A stretch of 64,000 nucleotides of DNA, taken from contig JABJFI010000065.1 of the NCBI GenBank assembly GCA_018662825.1, positions 4,223 to 68,222 on the forward strand, read 5' to 3'. This document shows positions 1-8,734 of the stretch, piece by piece. The translations under genes and the position numbers were made by a program. The notes under the pieces are model-generated. The model was not told where the DNA came from and did not search any database. It saw only the letters and a list, made by a program, of their open reading frames with translations. The DNA comes from Methanobacteriota archaeon. Its GTDB lineage: Archaea > Thermoplasmatota > Poseidoniia > Poseidoniales > Poseidoniaceae. Positions within the stretch are counted from its first letter, which is position 1; each line of letters starts with the position of its first letter.

Positions 1-167
1 ATGTAAACGCCTCCCATTTCGTGGTCACGCATCAAAGGAACCAAAGTACTCGCTGTCACATTGAATGCGTTCGAATTTCCGAAACGCACTTGTATTGCGC
101 TGTTAAGACTGACATCAATTGCCAATTGTTCAGCAATTCGGTCATCGAGGGTTAGATTTGAATACAT
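1..167 (-). CDS. hypothetical protein, N-terminal 55 codons only (gene runs off the window start)
   Basis: Read manually on the reverse strand. ATG at 167-165 lies 3 nt after the stop of the upstream KaiC-like gene, with AGGTGG 7 nt upstream. The frame stays open to position 1 (MYSNLTLDDRIAEQLAIDVSLNSAIQVRFGNSNAFNVTAST...). It is absent from the ORF track because it has no stop in the window. No family recognised. Confidence 0.45.
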   Translation of the reverse strand, partial: MYSNLTLDDRIAEQLAIDVSLNSAIQVRFGNSNAFNVTASTLVPLMRDHEMGGVY

Positions 168-170
168 TCA

Positions 171-959
171 TCATCCACCTACTTTGTTTGTTTTATCGTG
201 TTGAGCTCCCCACTTGAGCATCGGTGTGAGCATTACGCCCAAAGGAGTCAATTCAATCGCGTGCTTTGCACGACTGTGAGCGGTACCGCGCATTTTCACA
301 ACTTGTAAAAATCGGAGTAGGTGGCCCATACGCTCAACGTCGCCCATGACAATGATGCCATCTGCAATCGCTTCTTCAACACCGAAAGAGGACCAGTGTG
401 CATTTTCTGTAGCCGAGGTGATTTCAGAGATTAGAATGGTTGTACAACCGAGCGATGCCAACTTTTTCCCAAGGGTGAAAAGGAAATCACGAATCAATTG
501 TTCCGATTTAATTTTGTAACAGAGTGTTGTAACCGAATCAATTACCAAGCGTGTAGCCCCAATTTCGTGAACAATATTGATGATTGCTTTAATCAGTGCG
601 TGTACGTCGTCAAGGTCAAAGGATGCTTTGTCCAATCCAAGCCACGAATATAACACGTCCATATCGAAAACATTTATTTTTCCAGAATCGATCATTTTCA
701 TGTCGAAAAATGCATATTGACGGATATTTTCAAGCAATTTAATCGAGGGTTCAGTTGCAGTAAAATGTGCACATGATTCCGGCAATTTCGCCAAAGCGCC
801 ACGAACCAAAAATTCCATGGCGAGTGTGGTTTTTCCAGAACCACAGGTCCCTGCAGCAAGCACGGTTGAACCATGAGGGATGCCACCACGAAGGATTTCA
901 TCTAAACCGTGAATACCCGTTACACAACGGTCACGGGTGTAAACTGAAGTCGACTGCAT
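171..959 (-). CDS. KaiC-like / RecA-superfamily single-domain ATPase (ArlH/FlaH-like architecture)
   Basis: 262-aa ORF. TGIHGLDEILRGGIPHGS is followed by Walker A GTCGSGKTT and a Walker-B-like RLVIDSV, the typical KaiC/RadA-like layout. Confidence 0.8.
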   Translation of the reverse strand: MQSTSVYTRDRCVTGIHGLDEILRGGIPHGSTVLAAGTCGSGKTTLAMEFLVRGALAKLPESCAHFTATEPSIKLLENIRQYAFFDMKMIDSGKINVFDMDVLYSWLGLDKASFDLDDVHALIKAIINIVHEIGATRLVIDSVTTLCYKIKSEQLIRDFLFTLGKKLASLGCTTILISEITSATENAHWSSFGVEEAIADGIIVMGDVERMGHLLRFLQVVKMRGTAHSRAKHAIELTPLGVMLTPMLKWGAQHDKTNKVGG

Positions 960-1036
960 GGGAATCTGTACAGACCAACGCCTATGGGTTCATGAAGCAT
1001 CCGCTAATTTATCCTCAAAATAGTAGAAGAGATTTC

Positions 1037-2125
1037 TCAAAGGTAGTCACCCGGATTAGGATTTGGCTGAACACTCCAATTCGCACTAAATCCGCCATCA
1101 TTTTGGTCGGCTTCCAAAGATTGCCCAAGCGAAGTGAACAAGCCAGAAGTACCACCCCATTCGACACTCATGACATCAAATGGCTTTACTGAATTGAGTT
1201 GTGTATAACGCAAAGTGAGAACGCCGCTACCATCGCCAAGTAGATTGAGTGAACCAACGCCGAGGAATGATTCCTGTGAGAGGTCAATAACTTGCGAAGC
1301 ATTTCCCGCATTTTGAGAAGTTGGATCTCCAGTCAATATGACGGTAGAATGACCGGAAATTATTCCTTCTTTAAACAACAAGTTATTGCTGATAGAAGAA
1401 TAGGTGTGATTCAACGACCAACCGTGCAAAGATAGGGCGAAGTCGTTTGGATTATAGATTTCAATCCACTCCGGTCCAGAGGCGATAGGACGCACCATGA
1501 CTTCCGTCAAAAAAAGATCATTATTCTTATCCCCGCCTTTGTGAACTTCGAAGACAACTTGGAGAAGTTCTCCATCTTGAGAAAATTGACGATTTGCTGT
1601 AGAAGATGCAGAAGCCGTTGAACGTTGTGTGCCGCCAGAGAAGACTTCGAATCCTATTCGAGAAGAGTTGTCAGATTCAATCACCTCAATGGATAAAAAC
1701 AGAGTATAACCCACATCAAGACCAAGCCCTAGAGCCATGTTTTCTTCTGAAACATTACGAAGCGCATGAATGCGTTGGTAGTCGAGAATACCGTCCTTTA
1801 CCAATCCCGTTTGTACGCGGCCATCATCGAGTTCTACGGCATCGAAAAGATACCATTCAGATGTTGAATTGGCATAATCCAATCCATCTTCACCCATAGG
1901 GACGAACCAACCACCATCAGAAGTCAAGCGGTCCAAGCCTTGGACTGCAGAGCGGTCGATACGGTCTACATTTGGGTCATTGGAACCCATTTGGAGTTGT
2001 GCAAGTGACAAAAAGGCAGTTAGAATCATGAGGAATAAAGTGAATGCAGAAAGGAATTCAATGACTGCTGTAAGTGCATTGTCGTCTCTTTTCAGACAAC
2101 GAGTAGCATCTTCACGCATAAACAA
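1037..2125 (-). CDS. TadE-like / prepilin-type N-terminal helix protein with C-terminal lamin-tail domain (LTD)
   Basis: The N-terminus KRDDNALTAVIEFLSAFTLFLMILTAF resembles a TadE_N / class III signal plus hydrophobic helix. The C-terminus LTEVMVRP..EWIEIYNPNDFALSLHGWSL..STVILTGD matches the LTD signature. Confidence 0.65.
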   Translation of the reverse strand: MFMREDATRCLKRDDNALTAVIEFLSAFTLFLMILTAFLSLAQLQMGSNDPNVDRIDRSAVQGLDRLTSDGGWFVPMGEDGLDYANSTSEWYLFDAVELDDGRVQTGLVKDGILDYQRIHALRNVSEENMALGLGLDVGYTLFLSIEVIESDNSSRIGFEVFSGGTQRSTASASSTANRQFSQDGELLQVVFEVHKGGDKNNDLFLTEVMVRPIASGPEWIEIYNPNDFALSLHGWSLNHTYSSISNNLLFKEGIISGHSTVILTGDPTSQNAGNASQVIDLSQESFLGVGSLNLLGDGSGVLTLRYTQLNSVKPFDVMSVEWGGTSGLFTSLGQSLEADQNDGGFSANWSVQPNPNPGDYL

Positions 2126-2194
2126 CGGTGATGTTCGACGATTGAAGAGGTTGCCGCATGGAGATGGTGCAAATCATCTAATTATCGCAAGTCT

Positions 2195-2209
2195 GCCCCC
2201 TTCGGGGGC
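2195..2209. other. perfect 6-bp GC hairpin (gccccc-ttc-gggggc; alternative C(UUCG)G tetraloop register) in a divergent intergenic region
   Basis: Read directly from the sequence. It lies about 40 nt upstream of the ATG at 2247. Confidence 0.4.
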
Positions 2210-2246
2210 GATGAGTCTTTGAAGCCCCGAGGAGAGGCACCTGTCA

Positions 2247-5198
2247 ATGTCGCGCTATGCACCCAGTGATTCGAGGCGGAAAAGCGGAAGTATTTCGTTG
2301 GTTTTCCTCCTTTTGTTCGCCTCCTTCGCCGGGCTACTGACCATTCCCATAGTATCCGCTTCTGAATCGGGAGATTTGGCAATTTTAGGAACCAATCACC
2401 CACTCGAAGATTCATGGGGGTCGTCTTGGGATACAATTCTATTCAATACCACAATTTCAAATCAAGGGCTCCAATCAATTGCGAACCGTGGAATGCGGTG
2501 GTATGTTTGTGAAGGTGAAGTTGATAGTTCAATTTGTAAATCAAATTATGATGAACGTGGAAGTTTCTCTTTACCGACCATTTATTCGGGGACTACAATG
2601 AATTTTACATCATTAAATGCTTGGAATCCTTCGGGAGATGAAGGTACATACACCATTGTTTATGCTTTTGAATTACAAGACCAAGACCCTTCAGATGATT
2701 CCTATACATTCCATATCAATCTTTCACGCTCATTTGTTGATCTTTCAATCGACACTTCATATGACCCAACAAGTGTCTTAACCGAACTTGCCTCCTACAA
2801 TGGCCAATTAATTCTCAATACAGATACGGACTATGACATGCAAATCAAAGGTTCAGTCACTGCATGCGGCACATGTAACTTTGTAGCCCAACTCGGTTGG
2901 CAACTTTGGACTGAAGACAAATCTGCAATGCTTTCAGAATCCTACACGAATGTCACAAACCTCCCTTCATGGGGCGGAGTGTCACCCTTTTCTCGTGCTA
3001 TGCCTGCATTTAACCATTCGAATCAGGGCGTATTTACTCTCATTTGGGGACTCTTTAACAGCACTGGGACACCTCACGCTGACTTGAACCCGACAAATGA
3101 CCTCTCAGAAATAATTGTCGTATTTGATAACACCATCGACCTGCAAGCAACTTCAATGCTTCCAGGACATGACCCCCTTTCAAGCAATTACTATTATGGG
3201 GAAGATATGGCCATTTCTACAATCACCAACAAGGGTAATCTATCAATTCAAACAGTAATAGTCTCGTTCCAAGTTTATGACCCAATTGGAGAAGTTGAAC
3301 AAGAAACCCAATGTGTGCTTATTGATTTCAAACCCAGTGAAGTTCGTACATGTGCATTCAATATCACAACGATTGGTTCAGGAAGAACATTAACCATTGG
3401 TGTCCCAAGTACATTTACAGAAGGCGCTGATACTAAAACAGGCGATAACAGCCTTACTGAAGAAGCGGATATTCTTGTTGGTGACATCAGCCCCACAATA
3501 TTCCAAAGTAATTCCCTTGGCACCTATACTACTGGAGAATACATCGAAATGGTTGCACGGACAAGTTCGACTGCTGCTGCTCCACTCAACTATTCATGGT
3601 GGATTTCAGGCATCATCAACATTGGATATGGCCAAGTGCTTAACATATCAGGCTCAGTTCTAGGGCTTGGAGACCACACCCTCACCGTACGTGTGACCGA
3701 TACCTTTGGTGAAATGGAATCAGCTCACGTCGAGATTACACTGTACAATTATGTTTCTATTAACAACGAACCTTTCTTCACCGGGCAAGCAGTTACTCGG
3801 ACATTATCATATCTTGATCATGAATCAATATTACCGGTTATTGGGACACAGTATGGTATTGGTGAAGGGCGTGACCCCTTGTTGTTACTCTCGTTCAATG
3901 TTTTAACCAATGAAGACAACTCGAACAACACGGGCATGGATTATATGGAGATTCATCTGAACACTTCAGCACTCTTACCGTCAAATATCCCGCTTGAAAC
4001 GGTTGACATTCGATTCTTACCAACTCTTGAAGATAGTCTTTGGACGTCTTTGGAACAGTATACCAAAAACATTGACAACTCCTTTGATGTTGTTCTATCA
4101 CAGAATGGAGTCATACTTCTCATTGGTGAAGCACCTGCAGCAAATGTCAGTAGTGGCCCACTAGAATATAATCAACTTGAAGGTGGCGCTATGGAACTTC
4201 AGTGGAGCCCTACAGGAGACATTGAAAACCCGTACATTGGGTCTTGGAATATATACAAACTAATCATTGAAAATGGTGCAGGGACCATTTTCCCATCCCC
4301 CTATCCTGAATTCAACAGTTTTGTTTGGGAACAATTGACCCAAGAAACCCTCATTGCTACTGTTGACAAAGATGACACATCATGGGTCGACCCATCGCCT
4401 CTTGAGACCGGAAATTGTGCCTCCTATGCAATAATTCCCGCTGACCGTGAGGGGACTCCGGATACACTCAATATTGAAATCTCTCGGGATGATTCCGGAC
4501 AAGCAACAGCTTTCTGTGGGGACGCTATTGCACCAGACAAAACCGTATCGAATATACAATATGATGTGACTTTTACCAACGAAACCGACTGCTATAAAAT
4601 TGAAAATGATTGGTCGATGTGTTATGATTTGAACATGACATGGGTTTGGCCTGAACAAGAAACTACTGGCAACGTCACTTGGAATCTATACCGAATCGAT
4701 CAACAACCACAAGGACTCGATTTGAAATTCCTCACACCACTAGAGACCGATTTATCAGGGGTTCCTGGTGAAACTGGATATTACAATCAAAGTGGTACTC
4801 AAGACGAAAATATTCGACCTTGGAGAGCCTTCTATTATGTCCTCTCGCCCGTAGACTCTGTAGGCAATCAACTCATGGAAGTAAATTACCCAACGAACTC
4901 AATTCGCATAGTCATTGATGACCAATGGTGGGACTACAACCAGCATCTGATACCTATTCCTCCTCCTGAACCTGAACCACCACTCGGTATAGAATGGCTC
5001 GGAATACTCGACGATTATATGGAAGTTAATGAATTCCAAACAACTGGAATAGTTGCATTGATTACTCTTGTTATCAGTATGATTTCGTTACCGCTTCTTC
5101 TCAAAAAGAGAAAGCGATTATCTCGTGTCATGAAAGCACGAAAGCGACGTCAAAGTGCTCGTGGAACTGCAGATGAATTCGAAGACTTCTTTGATTGA
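2247..5198 (+). CDS. large sequon-rich surface-anchored protein (S-layer/adhesin-like)
   Basis: 983-aa ORF with a signal-like N-terminus (ISLVFLLLFASFAGLLTIPIVSASE) and more than 15 N-x-S/T sequons. The C-terminal TM helix GIVALITLVISMISLPLLL is followed by a basic KKRKRLSRVMKARKRR tail. No catalytic motif seen. Confidence 0.75.
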   Translation: MSRYAPSDSRRKSGSISLVFLLLFASFAGLLTIPIVSASESGDLAILGTNHPLEDSWGSSWDTILFNTTISNQGLQSIANRGMRWYVCEGEVDSSICKSNYDERGSFSLPTIYSGTTMNFTSLNAWNPSGDEGTYTIVYAFELQDQDPSDDSYTFHINLSRSFVDLSIDTSYDPTSVLTELASYNGQLILNTDTDYDMQIKGSVTACGTCNFVAQLGWQLWTEDKSAMLSESYTNVTNLPSWGGVSPFSRAMPAFNHSNQGVFTLIWGLFNSTGTPHADLNPTNDLSEIIVVFDNTIDLQATSMLPGHDPLSSNYYYGEDMAISTITNKGNLSIQTVIVSFQVYDPIGEVEQETQCVLIDFKPSEVRTCAFNITTIGSGRTLTIGVPSTFTEGADTKTGDNSLTEEADILVGDISPTIFQSNSLGTYTTGEYIEMVARTSSTAAAPLNYSWWISGIINIGYGQVLNISGSVLGLGDHTLTVRVTDTFGEMESAHVEITLYNYVSINNEPFFTGQAVTRTLSYLDHESILPVIGTQYGIGEGRDPLLLLSFNVLTNEDNSNNTGMDYMEIHLNTSALLPSNIPLETVDIRFLPTLEDSLWTSLEQYTKNIDNSFDVVLSQNGVILLIGEAPAANVSSGPLEYNQLEGGAMELQWSPTGDIENPYIGSWNIYKLIIENGAGTIFPSPYPEFNSFVWEQLTQETLIATVDKDDTSWVDPSPLETGNCASYAIIPADREGTPDTLNIEISRDDSGQATAFCGDAIAPDKTVSNIQYDVTFTNETDCYKIENDWSMCYDLNMTWVWPEQETTGNVTWNLYRIDQQPQGLDLKFLTPLETDLSGVPGETGYYNQSGTQDENIRPWRAFYYVLSPVDSVGNQLMEVNYPTNSIRIVIDDQWWDYNQHLIPIPPPEPEPPLGIEWLGILDDYMEVNEFQTTGIVALITLVISMISLPLLLKKRKRLSRVMKARKRRQSARGTADEFEDFFD

Positions 5199-5204
5199 AA
5201 TAAT

Positions 5205-5291
5205 GGCGCGGCAGGGGAGATTTGAACTCCCGAGGTGAAACACCACTGGATTAGCAATCCAGCGCAATGGCCAGGCTATGCGACTGCCGCA
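5205..5291 (-). tRNA. tRNA-Ser (anticodon GCU), class II with long variable arm, CCA encoded
   Basis: Folded manually from the reverse complement GCGGCAG-TC-GCA..TGC-G-CTGGA-TTGCTAA-TCCAG-T-GGTG-TTT-CACC-TC-GGGAG-TTCAAAT-CTCCC-CTGCCGC-G-CCA. It has a 7-bp acceptor stem, a 5-bp anticodon stem, loop TT-GCT-AA, a 4-bp variable arm and a T-loop TTCAAAT. Confidence 0.9.
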
Positions 5292-5368
5292 GTAACTCGG
5301 CGACCGTCGAGGCAGTCATGAACATGACGGTTGGCACCGTTCACGAAACTGATACAAAACCGTTGTAC

Positions 5369-6385
5369 TCAACTTAAAGGCCCGAGTATACCAAGCCATG
5401 CTGGAGGAATAATACAAACTGCCACTAATGCAACATGCATCCATCCCAAGTAGTACAGTGAACGGAAAAATGAGTGGGCTGCTTTTGGCATTCGACCGTT
5501 TTCATCCAAACCTTCCAGCGGATCAATGTCCCAAACTGATTTTGCATACCAGAGTGTCAAACCACCTGCAAGAATTGCCCAGAGTAGAGGCAAACCACTT
5601 TCCGGCCAAAAGAGAGGTACGGCGGCAAGCATGAAAAGAAATACACAGTATATTTTGGATTGAAAAACAGTATGCTCAGGGCCCTTAACTTCATTCATCA
5701 TTGGAATATTTGCATTTCCATATTCTCCTGAACGGTATAGTGCCAAAGCCCAGAAATGTGGAGGAGTCCACAAAAAGATCAACAAAAACAGCATCCAAGG
5801 GATTGCTGAACCCAAATCTAGAGGATTGTTTGAATTAATTGACGATGCTGCTGCTGCTGCCCACCCAATAAGAGGAGGCGTGGCGCCTGCTACACCCCCA
5901 ATAACAATATTTTGAGGTGTACGTCGTTTCAACCATATCGAATATATCAGGACATAGTATGCAACCGAGAAAAATGACCAAAAGGCAGCTTTCCAATGTG
6001 CCAAAAAGAAAAGCGATGAACCCAAAATTGCTATGAATAGTCCGAAAATAAGTGCGCCTCTTGCCGAAATATGCCCTTGTGGAATAGGACGGTTGACTGT
6101 TCGCCTCATAAGTGGGTCAATATCTGCATCATACCACATATTGATAGAATTTGAGCCCCCTGCAGAGAGAGTTCCTGCAACGACCGTTAGAACTACGGTA
6201 TAGAAAGTGTCAGACCATGTGCGGTCGATATCCAACAATCCGTGTCTAGCAAGGATATCATGGACCAAAATTGCACACACTGCGGTAACTTGGAGTAAAA
6301 CAATGACACGAAGTTTCATCAGTTGTGTGAAAACTTTGAGCCAACCAGGATGAGGTGCTAAATCAATCACCTCATCTTCAGGCAT
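5369..6385 (-). CDS. ctaB: protoheme IX farnesyltransferase (heme O synthase)
   Basis: UbiA-family motif NMWYDADIDPLMRRTVNRPIP in a polytopic membrane protein. It sits directly downstream of the heme A synthase gene. Confidence 0.9.
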   Translation of the reverse strand: MPEDEVIDLAPHPGWLKVFTQLMKLRVIVLLQVTAVCAILVHDILARHGLLDIDRTWSDTFYTVVLTVVAGTLSAGGSNSINMWYDADIDPLMRRTVNRPIPQGHISARGALIFGLFIAILGSSLFFLAHWKAAFWSFFSVAYYVLIYSIWLKRRTPQNIVIGGVAGATPPLIGWAAAAASSINSNNPLDLGSAIPWMLFLLIFLWTPPHFWALALYRSGEYGNANIPMMNEVKGPEHTVFQSKIYCVFLFMLAAVPLFWPESGLPLLWAILAGGLTLWYAKSVWDIDPLEGLDENGRMPKAAHSFFRSLYYLGWMHVALVAVCIIPPAWLGILGPLS

Positions 6386-6387
6386 GC

Positions 6388-7479
6388 TTATTCCTCCTCA
6401 GATGACTGTTTTGTGCTTAACCTAAACAAGAATGAGGCAGAAATTGCAACAAGGAAACAACTGACGCCCATAATCAAGTGTAGGAGAGAAACCCATTCAG
6501 GGAAGTTTTCAGCCTCTGCAAACATGATGTACGAACCACCGATAATAACATTGAGAATCCACAACCCTGCGGTGAAATCAGTAATACGCCCAATCAAAGG
6601 CGTGACCTCATGTTTTTGAGCATCACTTCGAAGGCGAGCAGAACCAGAAACCAAAACTAGCCCAACAAGAACGGCCCCAAAACGATGTATCATTTGAACC
6701 AAGACGCCGGGTCCATCAAATGAAGGAAACAAGGTGCCATTACACTTTGGCCAACCATTTGGGAATCCAACTGAGCAACCTTGATTGTACTGTCCGCCAG
6801 CAGTTGACGAAACCCAAGCACCAAGAATCATGAGAGTGAAGACTGCACCCATCATTGCATCAACACGTTTTTGATTGGCTGAAACAAATTCGGGATTCAT
6901 CGTAAAGACTTCGAATTTCGAACCTTCTGCTTTTCGCATTGCAAAATACTGAAACAAAAATGTTGAAGTGAAAATACTGGCAAGAGAGAGATGTAATGCA
7001 ACCGACCAGTCTACATTATCCATAGAAACAGTTAGTGCACCTACCAATGCTTGAGCCATCAATAGCACACCCCCAAACAATGCCGTGTGATATACCTTTG
7101 AACCATATGTATCGACCATCCGCCGTGCTAAAAGAGCATTGAAAAGAACAGGTATAGCAATAATTCCAACTAAGAGGCGGTGAAACCATTCAGAAAATAT
7201 CTCAAATGTTGTGTATCGGTGGTCAATTCCACGTGAATCAACTTCATCGGGGTGTTCGGACCAATACGCTCCTTGCTCATCTGCCGATACATCAAAACTC
7301 CATGTTCCAAAGCATTGCGGCCAATCAGGGCATGATTCTCCAGCATCATTGATGCGGATAGTGCCACCTGCGATGATAATACAGAGTGACATAATCACAA
7401 GGGCAATGGGGAGAGACGACGGTCGACGCCACCACACCTGCCCCATAGGTGATGGTGGGAGCAGACCCCTTTTGAACAC
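6388..7479 (-). CDS. ctaA: heme A synthase (COX15/CtaA family)
   Basis: CPDWPQCFG motif and multiple TM helices with conserved His. The stop lies 2 nt from the ctaB start. The alternative ATG at 7446 (MGQVWWRR...) may be the true start. Confidence 0.85.
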   Translation of the reverse strand: MFKRGLLPPSPMGQVWWRRPSSLPIALVIMSLCIIIAGGTIRINDAGESCPDWPQCFGTWSFDVSADEQGAYWSEHPDEVDSRGIDHRYTTFEIFSEWFHRLLVGIIAIPVLFNALLARRMVDTYGSKVYHTALFGGVLLMAQALVGALTVSMDNVDWSVALHLSLASIFTSTFLFQYFAMRKAEGSKFEVFTMNPEFVSANQKRVDAMMGAVFTLMILGAWVSSTAGGQYNQGCSVGFPNGWPKCNGTLFPSFDGPGVLVQMIHRFGAVLVGLVLVSGSARLRSDAQKHEVTPLIGRITDFTAGLWILNVIIGGSYIMFAEAENFPEWVSLLHLIMGVSCFLVAISASFLFRLSTKQSSEEE

Positions 7480-7498
7480 ATTCCTACACCAGTCAACT

Positions 7499-8392
7499 GT
7501 GGCGAGAAATCACGGACGGTTATTGTCAATACTAATTGTAGTATTATTTGTGGCAATTTCGTTTCCTTCAACGGCACATGCTTCAACTGACGAGCCTGTG
7601 TTCGCTGCCACATATGATGTGATTATTTTTGATTCGTCTTGTCTAAATTCAACATCATGTGCCGGTGAACGGGTAGAGCATTTCGTCGAGTATTATGGTG
7701 CAGATTGGTGTGAGCCTTGTGTATTTATTGAACAGGAAATAGGTGCATTGAACCGAACAGATACCTTTGTCATGCAACATCACCCTTCGGTTGTTGATGC
7801 TTCATTCCTTAGTGCTTCAAAACTACGATTTGATAATGAGTACCGGTTGTTGTTTTTACCGAGCCTTGTTATCAACGGGGAGGGGTTACTTACCGGTTCA
7901 AGTCAGGGACTTGAACTCTCCAATGTGCTGAGTGAACGTTCAACTTCCTATGAGGGGTTTTCAAATGTAGAAATCAACAATGGAAGTCTGACCTGGAATG
8001 CATCACAAGGTGATAGAGTAAGCGTTTGGCGTACTGAATCAATCGAACATGCAAATCGAAACAGGACTCATCCTACTTTGGCTACCGACATGATGCAATT
8101 CAATGCTTCTGATGGTTCGGGAAATGTTTCGAAACTTATTGAAGATTTGAACGGTAGTTTAGTCATGGTCTTAGAACACTCTGGCGTCTATAAATTGGTG
8201 AGTGATTCATCGAATCCGATAGGTGGTTTTGACTTTAATGAAAACGATGATACGGGCATCCAAATAGGTAATCAAGGCATATCACCAGGGCAAAAAGCGA
8301 CTCTTTGGACCATGGTCCTAACCGTAACTTTAGTTCCTGCAATATACATGCGGTGGAAACTCTCTAAACACGCCATTCACGAGGAAGAATAG
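7499..8392 (+). CDS. membrane-anchored thioredoxin-fold CxxC protein
   Basis: The track ORF starts at 7211 and overlaps ctaA, so I place the start at GTG 7499, giving a signal-like [21 protein letters not shown]. It carries a [17 protein letters not shown] thioredoxin-like WCxxC motif and a C-terminal [20 protein letters not shown]. Confidence 0.55.
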   Translation: MARNHGRLLSILIVVLFVAISFPSTAHASTDEPVFAATYDVIIFDSSCLNSTSCAGERVEHFVEYYGADWCEPCVFIEQEIGALNRTDTFVMQHHPSVVDASFLSASKLRFDNEYRLLFLPSLVINGEGLLTGSSQGLELSNVLSERSTSYEGFSNVEINNGSLTWNASQGDRVSVWRTESIEHANRNRTHPTLATDMMQFNASDGSGNVSKLIEDLNGSLVMVLEHSGVYKLVSDSSNPIGGFDFNENDDTGIQIGNQGISPGQKATLWTMVLTVTLVPAIYMRWKLSKHAIHEEE

Positions 8393-8477
8393 GCTCTATT
8401 ATCAGATTGTTTCAAGGGTTAGGTTCAAGAACAGTAGGCAGGTCGCCCAATTGCGGGTGAACTCGCAGGTGTATCTC

Positions 8478-8732
8478 ATGGTCAAACCAGCACGACTCCA
8501 CACACGATTTGAACGAGCTCGAATTATTGGCGCACGCGCACTCCAAATTGGAATGGGCGCTCCACTTTATGCAAACGAAGAAGTTCTTCGTGAAGCGTTT
8601 AAGGAAGAACTCATCTCACTCTATGGCCTTGAAGAAGCATCTCTTCGTTTCGTTCTTGACCCGCTTAAGATTGCATTGTATGAGTATGAACATGAACTCA
8701 TTCCAATCGATATTGACCCGCACCTCGACTGA
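8478..8732 (+). CDS. rpoK: DNA-directed RNA polymerase subunit K (Rpo6)
   Basis: [30 protein letters not shown] is the conserved RpoK/Rpb6 core. AGGTG lies 8 nt upstream of ATG 8478. Confidence 0.85.
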   Translation: MVKPARLHTRFERARIIGARALQIGMGAPLYANEEVLREAFKEELISLYGLEEASLRFVLDPLKIALYEYEHELIPIDIDPHLD

Positions 8733-8734
8733 AA

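Noticed and set aside
171-959. Calling the KaiC-like ATPase a definite archaellum ArlH, or a circadian KaiC
   Set aside because: It is a single RecA-like domain only, and no archaellin, ArlI or ArlJ gene is visible in the window. The context supports only a generic pilus/archaellum-associated KaiC-like ATPase.
5199-5368. tRNA-Ser as an integration hotspot or genomic island boundary
   Set aside because: There is no integrase, no direct repeat of the tRNA 3' end, and no mobile-element genes on either side. The flanking genes are ordinary chromosomal functions.
7211-7498. N-terminal 96 codons of track ORF 7211-8392, overlapping ctaA on the opposite strand
   Set aside because: This part shows no signal or domain features and lies fully antisense to a well-supported ctaA. 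A GTG at 7499 gives a clean signal peptide, so the extension is treated as read-through of an open frame.
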